This document shows, piece after piece, positions 1 through 12,039 of a DNA stretch of 64,000 nucleotides. Origin of the DNA: Phallusia mammillata. Its lineage: Eukaryota. Below the pieces are notes generated by a model. It did no database searches. It saw only the letters and a program-made list of their open reading frames with translations, and was not told the DNA's origin. The stretch covers positions 15,686,001-15,750,000 of the forward strand of contig OZ281494.1 in NCBI GenBank assembly GCA_965637545.1, read 5' to 3'. Positions within the stretch are counted from its first letter, which is position 1; each line of letters starts with the position of its first letter. The translations under genes were made by a program, and so were the position numbers.

Positions 1-2303
1 AACACTGAGTGTGACTGAGAACCATCAGATAATTCATCATCATCTGTAGCAGCTGTGTCTTTAACAAGGTGATCCTGCAAAATTGAACAAAATAGGTTAT
101 TATTCACTGAGCTGATTTTGAATCAAACTGTAATAGTGTTAAGTTAGTTAGCATTATTTCATACACATTTTTTGATTAGTTTTGACATGATTGCTTTCAA
201 AAAAATTGTTGGCAATTTTCCAATTCCGTGCAAAAAGATCAAAGCCAGTTTTTGTTCTTTTGGTTTAGAATTTAAAACCATGCGTTATGTACCTAATCTT
301 TTTTTATTGATTATTATTAGGGAACTTTTTACGTGCAACAACAAAGTTTAATACTATTTCGTGTACTGATTTGCATGTTACAAATTCCTAAAAAAGTCAC
401 AGCAATAAAAAACAGAATGAACAAAACAATTAGGCAAAAGCATAACTTGTAAAAAAGTTGTTGTAAAATATAAATTCATTAGTACTAACATGCAATGAAC
501 GACGACTCTTTGGCAAAACTGCTTCTACCAAATGAAAATCCACTGTACTGGTGTCATCCTGTGAAGCAGCAAATTGAACTGGTCTGAAAAACAAATAGGT
601 TAGTCAGTGTGTTTACATGATGATAACTATTAATAGCATGCTCGATTTGCAAAGCTTTTTTATGTTTTGAACACAACGGTTTTTTACTAATAATAGGCTG
701 CAGTGGTAACAGTGAAAAAAAATTTCAATTTACAAACTATAGGAGTACTATCTCCAGCGGTATCTGCTTTTAGTGGCATATATTTGCATAACCTTATCTT
801 TATGTCACAATAATAACAGCAGACAAATATATATACTGTAAATATATGTTATAGTTCAGCGAAAAGTCATGGCAATTTTGCCGAAACAGAATCAACATGG
901 ATCTGTTAATAAGTGTAATAATGAATATCATAGCCCAAGTAGATGTAAAAAGCAACATGCTTTATTATTCAAATGTTTTGAAAGTACTTATGCCATCATT
1001 AGTGGGTGCGACTGATGTAACCTCATTTGAATAATAAAGCATGTTGTGTTTTACATCTATTCTGGTCATCATATTTGCCCGTAATCAACAAAAATAACAC
1101 AAAAATTCATACATACTTGGAATCCAAACTCCATATCCCAGCTGATGCATCAGTGCTTTTTTCTGAATCATTAGTCAGTTGCTTCATCACACATTTTGTC
1201 GCTTGCCGTGGTTGTCTTTCGGTCTTTTGTAAAACAACAGTGTTCTGTTTTGGTGTGCTGCTTCGTGTGTCAAATCCCACCAACTTTTCTCTAAAGGCAG
1301 CTTCATGATGGGTAATTGGTGGTTTATGGCTCAAATGCTGGCCACCAACAGATTGCTTGTCTTGTTTGGTGGTGTCATTATTTACCACATGAGGATCTGT
1401 TGTTTCACTAAAAATACATTTAAACATATCTATTTGTATAGTCTACTCTTTGTGGTAATGAGCTGTTTACAAACTATACCAGTTCTCTTTAACCTTTTTT
1501 CGACCTTTTAAAATTTTTCAGCAATTTTGTATACCCAGTAGTGATGGGACGATACCAGGTTTTGAAGCGAGTACCGATACCTAGTATGAGTACCACATGT
1601 ATATACCTTCGATACAGAGTACCGAGTACTTAAGTGTAGGTCGGGGTACAAACGTGCACACACACATGCCGAAAAATGTCATCTCCACGCGATAGCGTAA
1701 AAGATATACATAAACTGGCGGAACTTTTTCCCAATTTTGTGCTGTCTGAAGCAAATATTGGCATAAAGTTCCCCGTATTCTTATGGTGTAAATCGGCCTT
1801 CAGTACTCGCACGTTGGTATCGAAAACTAAGACAAAATATTTCGATACTGAGTACGAGCAACGGGTACCTGTCCCATCACTAATACCTAGCACAGCATAT
1901 ATTAAAATTGTACCCGAAAAGTCTAAAAAAACATTGTGCAATTATATAACCTTAGATAGGTCAAGATGTGGTACCTTCCTGGCAACATTCATAGAAAGAC
2001 AACTGTGACCATCAGTATTCAGTAACACTGAATTAATTTGTAATTTATTCACATACCATTATTTCGTTATATACCCTAGTTTTGATGTTGTATACACTTG
2101 GGTATAAAGTATATCCGGTTGAAGAGCAGTGCACTTTACGATAACTAACCATTTAATTTGTTTGTAAAAAAAAGATATCTTCACCTGCTGCCATCAAATT
2201 CCTTCTCGGCATTCATTAGTTGCTCAGTTATGTCTTCAACCGCTGTTTTGGCTTGTATCAGCAAATCTTTTGACAACTTGTCGCATTCATCAACAGCGTC
2301 CAT
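1..2303 (-). CDS. Unidentified multi-exon protein-coding gene, 3' part runs off the window
   Basis: Exon 2185-2303 (MDAVDECDKLSKDLLIQAKTAVEDITEQLMNAEKEFDGS, donor AG|GTGAAG) splices in phase 2 to exon 1117-1407 (acceptor TTTTTAG, donor AA|GTATGT, 291 nt open frame). Further plausible exons lie at ~491-583 (KPVQFAASQDDTSTVDFHLVEAVLPKESSF) and 1-74 (DHLVKDTAATDDDELSDGSQSHSV), but their joining phase is unresolved. The region is CpG-depleted like a gene body. No domain recognised. Confidence 0.55.
1539..1882. mobile_element. hAT-type MITE (344 bp)
   Basis: TIRs TAGTGATGGGAC / GTCCCATCACTA; 8-bp TSD ATACCCAG / ATACCTAG (7/8); subterminal GTACC/GATAC repeats. Confidence 0.85.
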
Positions 2304-2480
2304 CACCTACCTGGTGAGACTTGCCCCTAAACCTTTCAAAACAAAAGGAAAACAATAACTTCTCCAAGCGAACGCCGCGTTGAGCATGACGCGTCACGCA
2401 TGATTAAATATTTTCGGCCGTCACACTTCAATGCATAGATAAAACGTATTTATTTTTAAAGGGGAGGTATATAACTATAT

Positions 2481-3738
2481 TAGGGTTGCCATATTTTATG
2501 ATACACAATCCCTGACAAAGTTTATCTCAGTTGCGTTAACCCAGTGGTTCTCAAACTTTTTCGTTATTTTCTCTAAACGGTCTCTTTGCCATTATTTCGA
2601 GGGTTTGTGGTCCTTAAGCCTAAATGTGTTTTTCAGAAAAAGGAAAATTGATTGCAGGGTTTTAGCTAGTTATGTAAAATTCTGCATATCAATGATCCAA
2701 ATCTGACATTACAGACAAGACAAAAACATTACCATTGTACGCGAGCAATTGCATTTTTGTCAGTAGGCATGCAATAAAGCTTATTGTTTGGCAATGGAGA
2801 CGGTCGATTCTCAATTTCACTTTGATTTAAACTTATTTAGTTGCACAAACTGACGCTAAATTAGAATATAGAATTACTTCCAGCTTTTTGCGGTCCCCGC
2901 AAAATTGCCTCACGGAGCCCTAAAGGACCGCGGACCGCAGTTTGAGAACCGTTGGGTTCACCTTTTTTGCGATCCAATTACTTCTATTGCGGAATAAATT
3001 TAGAATATTCGGAAGTCACACGGACAGCGACACGGCAAAACGTTAGATACGATACTCTGATCCTTGTTAATTAACTTTCTGCGTAAGCTTCTGTTTAGTT
3101 AAGTTTATTAGGCTAAGCTTACTACTCTCACTATCCTTGAAACAATAAGCACATATATTACGGGTCGCCAACCTTTGCCACTCTAAAAACTGTTCGGACC
3201 AATTTTAAATTGTCACAGAAAAACAGCAACACTGGGAGCCGCCTTTTTAAATTTGCAATAAAATGCCACTGTAAAAACGTTTTTATATCTCACGACATTC
3301 GACTTTTTGTTGTTAGTTAATTCCTTGCCTATTAGATACACAGTTAAAGCAAATGAAACTTCCCACGTTCCCACGTAGCATTGAATGCTGTGTTTTCTTG
3401 AGACACGGATTTTTATTTGTGTATTTAACGCGTATTGTTAGACAACTTTGGCAACAAACAGGTATTGTTACGCACGCACACACACTGCAAAACGAAACAG
3501 TAACTTTGTGCGTTAACCTGCGCGCCGCCAGTGTACCTCTTTACGTTTCATGGTATAGAGACGCGGTTGTAGCTAACTACTAGAAATTTTCTGCGTTGGC
3601 ACATTAATTTCATAGTATATCTATATTTTTTTCTTAAATTCCTGACTTTTAAGTACATTTTAACATTTCTCCCTGACGCAGATTTAAACACTAAATTCCC
3701 TGACATGTCAGGGAAAATCCTGACGTATGGCAACCCTA
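2481..3738 (+). mobile_element. Non-autonomous hAT element, family A copy 1 (1258 bp)
   Basis: TIRs TAGGGTTGCCATA / TATGGCAACCCTA; perfect 8-bp TSD AACTATAT (2473-2480, 3739-3746). Homologous to 3876-5043 and 11375-15449. Carries an older internal MITE at 2542-2954 (CAGTGGTTCTCAAACT ... AGTTTGAGAACCGTTG, TSD 6/8). Confidence 0.95.
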
Positions 3739-3875
3739 AACTATATACCCTCTCGAACTTCGTGTGGCAAAAGTTTACTGTCCCTAGGCACTAAGCTTGC
3801 TGCAACATATTTATCTCAGAAAACAATCCCTTCAAAGAAACCCGCTACAGGCTAATCTGGTGCTGGAGGTTAGAG

Positions 3876-5043
3876 TAGGGTTGCCATACGTCAGGATTTT
3901 CCCTGACATGTCAGGGAATTTAGTGTTTAAATCTGCGTCAGGGAGAAATGTTAAAATGTACCTAAAAGTCAGGAATTTAAGAAAAAAATATATATATACT
4001 ATGAAATTAATGTGCCAACGGAGAAAGTTTCTCGTAGCTAGCTACAACCGCTTCTATACAATGAAACGTAAAGAGGTAAACTGGCGGCGCGCAGGTTAAC
4101 AAACAAGGTTACTGTTTCGTTTTGTAGTGTGCACGTAACAATACCTGTTTGTTACTAGTTGTCTGACAATGCGCGTTAAATACGCAAATAAAATCCGCGT
4201 CTCAAGAAAACACAGCATTCGATGCTACGTGGGAACGTGGAAAATTTCATTTGCTTTAACTGTGTACCTAATATGCAAGAACCCAACTAACAACAAAAAG
4301 TCGAATGTCGTGAGACATAAAAACTTTTTTACAGTGGCATTTTATTTCAAATTTAAAAAGGTCTTTGTGGCTCTCATTGTTTGTTTGTTTTTCTGTGTAA
4401 AATTGGTCCGAATGGTTTTTTGAGTGGTAAAGGTTGGCGACCTCGGATATATGTGCTTATTGCTTCAAGATAAACTTAACTAACCAGAAGCCTACGCAGA
4501 AAGTTAATTGACAAGGATCAGAGTATCATATCTAACGTTTTCTTGTGTCGCCGTCCGTGTAACTTTCGAATATTCTAAATTTATTTCGGAATAGAAGTGT
4601 TTGGATCTCAAAAAAAGTTCTCAAACTGCGGTCCGCGGTCCTTTAGGGCGTTTTGCCGGGCCACGAAAGGGTGGAAATAATTCTATATTCTTATTTGGCG
4701 TCAGTTTGTGCAACTGAACAAGTTTAAATCAAAGTGAAAATGAGAATCGACCATCTCCATTGCTAAACAATATAGGCTTTATTGCATCACAACTAACAAA
4801 AATGCAATTATTTGCGCACAATTGTAATGTTTTTTTGTCTTGCCTGTGATGACAGATTTGGATCATTGTTATGCGTAATTTTGCGTAACTAGCTAAAATC
4901 CTACAATCAACTTTTGTTTTTTTCTGAAATACACGTTCAGACTTACGTTAACACGTTCAGACTTGAAGTTCGAGAAAAACTGGGTTAACGCAACCAAGAT
5001 AAATTTTGTCAGGGATTGTGTATCATAAAATATGGCAACCCTA
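3876..5043 (-). mobile_element. Non-autonomous hAT element, family A copy 2, inverted (1168 bp)
   Basis: Same TIRs; perfect 8-bp TSD GGTTAGAG (3868-3875, 5044-5051); reverse complement of copy 1 along its length. Confidence 0.95.
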
Positions 5044-5810
5044 GGTTAGAGAGATTGTTGGTAAGGACGAGATGGTAGTGGACTAGTGGTACGGTATTCC
5101 CATAATTTACGCATGATAAAATTACACATATAAACGAGGCACAAAAAAATTGTAACAAGAAAACTTTCTACGGTACCCTTCTTATGGTCTTGTAGAGAAA
5201 AAGCATTTTGTAAGATAAAAAACGACCGTTTCGTCGGATGTACATTTTTATCAAATATTTTGTAACGACAAAAATATATAGGCCTAGTCAGTGTGGGATG
5301 GGTAAGAATGGTGCTAGAGGTGCCTGTGGATGACCGATGGGGATCTGTTGAACACAATGGCTTGATGTTGAAAAATCAAATTACAGGATGCGTTATGGAT
5401 GCAGCAATTGCCGTACATGCTTCACGAGCATGTAGGTAACAAATTTTATCGTTTTGATCGATTGAGTTGCCAAACAAGAGGCTTTCTGGCGAAATTTAAG
5501 CCTATGCGCTGCGTAAGTTGGTCTTCGCACGTTAAGAACGGACGAATGTTCACCTGTAGAACGTGGACTGTTTTACCAATGTAACTGGGTATTTACATAA
5601 AACACGGTTTTCGTACTCAGTGGTAAATATCCTGTATAAATTTAGTTTCTTTATTATAGTTTCTACTTGGCAAGTTGCTTGCTTCAGATTATGTAGATTA
5701 CACTTATAGCTAGTTGATCTGTAAATTATTTAGTTCGAGGTTAGTTTCTAGGTTGCTTAGCTAGATAGTTGCTCTAGTCGTGAAGACAGTTTCTGAGACT
5801 TGCGAGCTTT

Positions 5811-5970
5811 ATTTGCACAAATGTGCGCAGAAATGTGCAAGCGTAAATGCCCCGATCACGCCAATTTTCAAAAAATGGTAGGCACATGTTGGCATCTGCA
5901 CATTTTCGAAAAATGTGCGCACATTTTGACTTCTGTCCGTTTTTGGCATCATGTGCGCACATTTTTGCGC
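5811..5970. repeat. Cluster of ATGTGCGCACAT palindromes
   Basis: Perfect 18-bp palindrome AAAATGTGCGCACATTTT at 5910-5927, ATGTGCGCACAT at 5951-5962, and half sites at 5819-5840. Confidence 0.6.
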
Positions 5971-6815
5971 TCGGTTTCTGATTAAACGTTGTGTGTTGAT
6001 GGACGTTGGTATTGGCCTACATTGTAGTGTAGAGATTGTAGGCTACATTGTACATATAGCAGGAGACACGCTTACCTTTTACGCCGACAAACATGCATTG
6101 AATGTGTAGCCACTTATTCTGTTCCTGGGCGAAATAAGCCACAATGTGATGACGTTAATTCCGTAGACTTTCAAGTTCATGGTGCCGGTGAACTACGTTT
6201 TCGTCGACGTTGTAGACGAAAACTGCGGAAGACAACGGTGGCACGTTCGCGTGGAAACAAAATTATCCGGAAAAAGGGTCTCAATTTTGTGGCGTGTTCC
6301 CGATGCTTTATTGACTCCGAAGGTAAAAACGTTCTTTTATGTCAGCTCAGTTTCTTGGGCTAATTTATTCTTACTTCATTTCATGGTTCATATCTGTTGT
6401 CTAAAATAATGATTGAGTTCATTGTTACTTTTCTTAAGGCTTACTGCACAGAAATGACATGATTCACAGAAAAACAACATTTATCTGCCTGTTTATTCTG
6501 ATTTAGCAATACATGACAATGACAAAGAGCAGCAAGTAGTGCATATGGCTACAATTGTACTGCAAAAGTTACCATTAACCAGGTTTATGCACTTCAAACA
6601 CAAAAACAAAAAACTGCTGCTTAATTTTAACACACAAAAAAATATGCCACTGCATGAAGAGTACGAAAATTTCCACATGAACTTTCTAGAATGCAAATCT
6701 AGCACAAATGAAGCATGGGTCATGATAAATCAGACACAGTTTTACAAAGTTTCTTTTAAAATGTCGCCACATTAATGAATGATGAAGAAAACAGCTTATC
6801 CTGTACCGTGACAGC

Positions 6816-9800
6816 CTATTTGAAATTCTGTAATTTCACTACCCAAGCCCACTGACATGGCAATTCTGAGACTGTTGCATCAGGAAATGAAATGTGAATT
6901 TCCTTTCCCGAAACTGACCAAACAAGAGCATTTGCCCAGCCAAGCATGGTAACTTTAGACTCAGTACCCATAGAAACAGGTTCACCTAACTTAAGCAGAT
7001 TATCAGTTGGCCAATTAAGGACAAATGCATAAACAGCACCCTTCTTTGCAGTGTACCAAATTCCTTCAGAAAGACTATCGTTTTGTGCTCTCCATGGAGT
7101 ACTAGAGTACACTGCCTCTCCATTTACTTTTAGCCAACTTCCCATTTGTTTCAGTCGTTCTTGGAAGATTGGAGCAATGATTCCATCTTTGGTTGGGCCA
7201 ATGTTCATTAACATATTGCCCCCACAACTAATGGTGGATGCAAATGTCTGCAAAAGAAATTAATGAGCTAATAGACAACTTTATTGCAAACTTGTCTATA
7301 GTAACTAAATTTGCTAAAATTGGGAAAAAAGAGTCAAATGGTTACCATGACTGAATATTTTTTGGGTGATTATAAATTGCCTAATAGAAAAACAAATTTA
7401 GTTCTTACTGAGAGAATATCTTCAATTGTAAGGAAATCTTCAAGCTTAGCATCTCTGCGATAACCCCATGATTTGCGATCAATGGTCATGCAGTTTTCCC
7501 ATTTATGATTCTGCACTTTGCCTGGATTATATCTGACCATGAAATAAGTTAGTTTGAAGGTGCAGTGACTGCATACAAAGGGGGACTTAAAAATAGTGAC
7601 CAGAAAAAAAAGTTCAATACACAACAGGCCATGTAAAATAATGTCTATATTTCAAGCATATTCAAAGCTGAGTTAGATTTGCTGAGTTATACCTAGTAGT
7701 CAATTACTGACCTGTCTTGACAAGTGTAGTAGCCACCATGATGACAAGCACAACCATTTCCCCATCTGTCATTTGTTACTACTGTATCCTGGAAGTAAAG
7801 CAAAAAAAAACAAATACATTTTAAAAACCTAATTTATGAATCACTTTCAATCTGAGTTTTCAAAGCACAGAGATGGGTGGAAAAATATATGTCTTGGATT
7901 TTGTTACAAGGAATGAATTTGTGGTTTCATTTAAGTATGTGGTATTCATAAAACACCGGGACAATTGCACTGTTACTATCTTTTCAAGTTTATAAGCTTC
8001 AGCAAGCATTTTTAGTCTCAATTGATTGGTAGTCCAATAGACACAGACCATAAACTCAAGTCATGTGAAACAAATCAAATATTGCCAACCTTAACAGGAC
8101 TCTCATTGTATAACCAAGCCAGAAATCCAGTCGAGTTCCAATACTCGACAGGTCCAACAGCACCATCCGACCACACAATCTCTGGTTTATATGTGTTCAC
8201 AATTTCAAACAGCTCAGGCAATGTTTTCTGAGTGACATAATTTCGAGTTGTGAAGTTTGATGATGAATCCCTTTAGAAATACATGTGTTGTTGTAAAATT
8301 GCAACCTTGCTGCAGATAATTAAATTTGTAAACAACTGTTTTATCAAAATTAATTTAGTCCAATACAATTAAATTGTTGGCTTTAATTTTTTTTAAACAA
8401 GTTATAAATACAAAAATACAAAAATTTTAAAATAATTTATAAGTTTAAACACACAAAACTAGAAGGGTGGCTTAGCACATTTTACTATAGCATATACACT
8501 ACAACCTATTCTGCAAATTGTAATATATTCTCTATATTTATTTATATTGGGTCCTATATTAGCCAACATTTTTTATAATCTTGATTTGTTTCTGCAGGCA
8601 GAAACTCATGGGTCCCCAAAACTGCAAAGTTGTAAACAGACAACCATAAGAAACGTTGCTATAAAGTCAAACACAGTGATTGGTAGTGTTACTTAAAAAA
8701 AGAAGTTATGTAAAGCACAAACTGTCCAAATCTCATGCAATTGAGACATTGTTATAAGTTTGTGTGCCTAAATAGCATAAAACACTGACATCTCAAAATG
8801 GCATATTATACAAACTGTCAAAATGTATTGTTGATTAATTCACCCATTTTGGGGGGTTGGTAGGGTAAATAATAGGGCTGCAGGGTGAAACACAATATTC
8901 GACAGCTACAAATGCCAAATTCATCCAAATCGGACGTTTTTCAAAAAATAGGTGGCTTAAGCAGTAAATATTGGGCTACATGGTGAAACACAATAATCGA
9001 CACCCTAAAATGGCATAATAAAGAAACTGTCCAAATTTCATCCGAATCGGACATTGTTTAAAAAAATCACCCATTTTAGGGGTCTACTGGGGTAAATATT
9101 GGGGGTAAAGGGTAACACACAATAATCGATGCCCTAACATGGCACAATGAACAAACTGTCCAAATTTCATCCAAATCGGACATTGTTTAAAAAATCACCC
9201 ATTTTAGGGGTCTACTGGGGTAAATATTGGGGCTACAGTGTAAAACACAACAAACGATGCCCTAAAATGGCACAATGAACAAACTGTCCAAATTTCATCC
9301 AATTCGGACATTGTTCAAAATTTACCCATTTTAGGGGGCTAGTGGGGTAAACACTGGGGCTATCGAGTCAAACAAAACAAATGGCACATCTACATAACCA
9401 TATCTACCATCTGTGAAAATTTCATCCAAATCCATCAAACATTTCAAGGCAAAACGAGGTGGACAAACTTTGGGCAGAAGAAAAAAAAAGAAAAAACAAA
9501 CAAACAAATCGAGTAAAATCAATATGTGTCCCCTTCAGGGAAGGGGACCCATAAAAAATTGAACACAGTTTGCATTACTGAAGTTTCAAAATACTAAAAA
9601 AATACAGCTAAGCTGATTGACACTATGAAGATGCCCCAAATGAGAATTATGCCAGGCAACAATATATACTGATTGACACCAGTTTATTAATTTTAGATTT
9701 CAAGTTGGAAATATTCAACACAGTATTACACAAAAACTAAACCAAATTGCTTACATTGGTCAGTTAAAAAGATATACATCCAAATTTTGCTTGTTTCTGT

Positions 9801-11103
9801 ATTATGTTTCAATTGTCCAGATTAATTCCAGCACCCCCAGTTGCCCATTTCACATTCTGCACCCATTCTTTATTTTTTAAGGCCCCCACTTTGAGAACCA
9901 CTGTTCTATATCATACTTACTCCAAATATAGGGGATTAAACCATTCAAACATGGAGTGGTATAACCCAAACTTGATTGAAGTTTTGCTTCTGATTGCAGT
10001 TGCAAGTTCTCCAACTAAATCGCGGTGAGGTCCAACATCCATTGAGTTCCAGTTCCATGAAACCTCAGATGGCCAATTTGTAAAGCCCTCATGATGCTTG
10101 CTGGTTAACACTACATACTTAGCACCAGACTCTACCGAAAAGACAAAAACATTAGTACTTATTGTGAATTAAAGTTTTTTATGAAAGGACAGATACAAAA
10201 TACCAGAAAATATGTGCTAAATTGTAAACAAAAAATTGATAAACACACTACATGAGAATCCAAGACCAACAAACAGGCATACGGTTCCCACAAAAAAAAC
10301 AGGTGTTAAAACATCAATTGTTTGAAGTGTATACATTTTAAAAATATTACCTTTAAATAGTTCGGCCCAGTCATCAGGATGGTAAAACTCAGTTGTAAAA
10401 TCTTTTGCAAAATCAGCATAAGTAAAGCCTGGTGGATAGTTTTGTTCCATGAATTTGACCACATCAGGATGTGGAGAGTTGCCCTAAAAAATTGCAATGT
10501 TTTTTAGCTACAGCAAGATTAGAAAAAAAATGTTTGGTATGCCAGACATCTGCATTTTTTATTTTCTTAAATAAATTTTTAGCTAGACTTTTAAAAATAC
10601 CAGAGTCAAAGTCACTTTTTTGTCTTGCTTTTCAATCAGTCTACTTTAAACATCTTTTTTTAGGTTTTTTAACATTTATTTCTACTTTCATGTTTTCACA
10701 CCTTTTACCCGACTTTGTAACCCTGGTTTAATAACTTCTGCTGTGAAATATCTTACATGCATACGTTTTGAAAACATCATACCTGCCAGTAATTCCAAAA
10801 CCACTCACTAACATAACTTGGAACTGAAAAGACACCCCAGTGAATGAAAATTCCAAATTTTGCCTCATCATACCAACTTGGAAGAGGTCTGCTGTCAATT
10901 GATGCCCAGTTTGGTTCATACTTTGTTTCTTTTGTGTCTTTTATTTCAATGTCAATTTCTTTTTTAACAGTGATCACTTCACTGTTGGATTCTTCCATGT
11001 CAACTTGAAGTTCCCGCATAACAAACTCCGAATCTGCATTTATTCCATTTGCCAATAAAGTAATGGCAATTAGACAAATATTTATAACACTCGTGGAAAC
11101 CAT
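6816..11103 (-). CDS. FUCA1: Alpha-L-fucosidase (GH29), 492 aa, 7 exons
   Basis: Exons 10783-11103, 10351-10483, 9921-10131, 8090-8270, 7712-7788, 7409-7532 and 6816-7247 total 1479 nt; all GT-AG and phase-consistent. Signal peptide. Motifs [26 protein letters not shown] (nucleophile Asp), [30 protein letters not shown] candidate at 6492-6497 (minus). Confidence 0.96.
8457..9554 (+). mobile_element. Helentron-associated (HINE/pearl/DINE-like) non-autonomous element with internal tandem repeats, in fucosidase intron 3
   Basis: Internal ~127-128 bp tandem units (GGTAAATATT anchors near 8963, 9091, 9219, 9346, degenerate units upstream), an (AAAC)n tract at ~9495-9508, and a 3' stem-loop GTCCCCTTC-AGG-GAAGGGGAC (9528-9548). 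A-rich flanks, no TSD seen. The 5' boundary is approximate. Confidence 0.6.
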
Positions 11104-11472
11104 TGCATTACAGATCTAGTTCCTGTTTAAAAATGATATGTGGTCAATATCAAAGCACATTACTACACAATCGCATGACGATTGTTGAAATGAACGTGTT
11201 AAAATTTACCTCCCAAAAGATCGGACAACTTTGTTTGCACTTTGCAGTGTTGTTTTCATTCCGCTTCATTGGACTTCTGTCTTCACGTCTGATTGCACAT
11301 CGTATCAAAACTCATGCGTCATATCATATGGTGGTTGGCAAAAAACATAAATACAATTGAGTGTGATGTTAGATTAGGGTTGCCATATTTTATGATACAC
11401 AATCCCTGACAAAATTTATCTCAGTTGCGTTAACCCAGTGGTTCTCAAACTTTTTCGTTATTTTCTCTAAAC

Positions 11473-12039
11473 CAGTGGTTCTTAACCGGTGGGAAATTTC
11501 CCACCAGTGGGAAATTTAACGTATTCAGAGGGAAATTATGTAAGTCAGGAGTAACGAAACTCGGTCCAGTGGGTCGAATCCGGCTTCGAATTGACCGTTT
11601 AATGTTAATTTACTGCATTTTTAGCAACAACATTAGATAAATTTCACCTGGTTTTACAAAACACATAAAAAATCAAATTATACAATCCAAAAAAACCGTT
11701 TGTTACATCACAGACATGTCTGAAAGCATTAATGCCTTTGTTATTGTGCGCGAATAAATGTCTTTCTATGTTGATTGTGATGCAATAATTGAGTTTTGCA
11801 AGCAGAAAGGATTCAACTTTTCACATATTTTTACTCTTTCACTGAAGCACTATTCAAACTAAATAGGATTGTACCAAGCTTTTAAGATCCCAACCAAATC
11901 GCTTTACAAAATTATTTCAATCAAAGAAATCAAAGTTAATGTAGAACACAAAACTCATCATAAAAATAACAGAGTGGGAAATTCGAACTTGGTGATCGAC
12001 TTTAGTGGGAAACGATCCCAAAAAGGTTAAGAACCGCTG
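11473..12039. mobile_element. Nested hAT MITE (567 bp)
   Basis: TIRs CAGTGGTTCTTAACC / GGTTAAGAACCGCTG; perfect TSD CTCTAAAC; empty site visible in copy 1 (TTTTCTCTAAACGGTC, ~2569). Confidence 0.93.

Noticed and set aside
7712-7788. Gln in YTCQD where human FUCA1 has Glu (NCED), possible loss of catalysis
   Set aside because: The nucleophile Asp (WSDG), the adjacent Asp (human D276 as recalled) and the Glu of HKWE (human E289) are all retained.
8860-9360. Regularly spaced repeats resembling a CRISPR array
   Set aside because: Whole ~128-bp units are repeated with no unique spacers; eukaryotic intron, no cas genes.
9881-9903. Isolated hAT right end TTTGAGAACCACTG
   Set aside because: No partner TIR or TSD; too short to annotate as an element.
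11571-11584. GGGTCGAATCC resembling a tRNA T-loop / B box
   Set aside because: Inside a MITE, with no cloverleaf or A box found.
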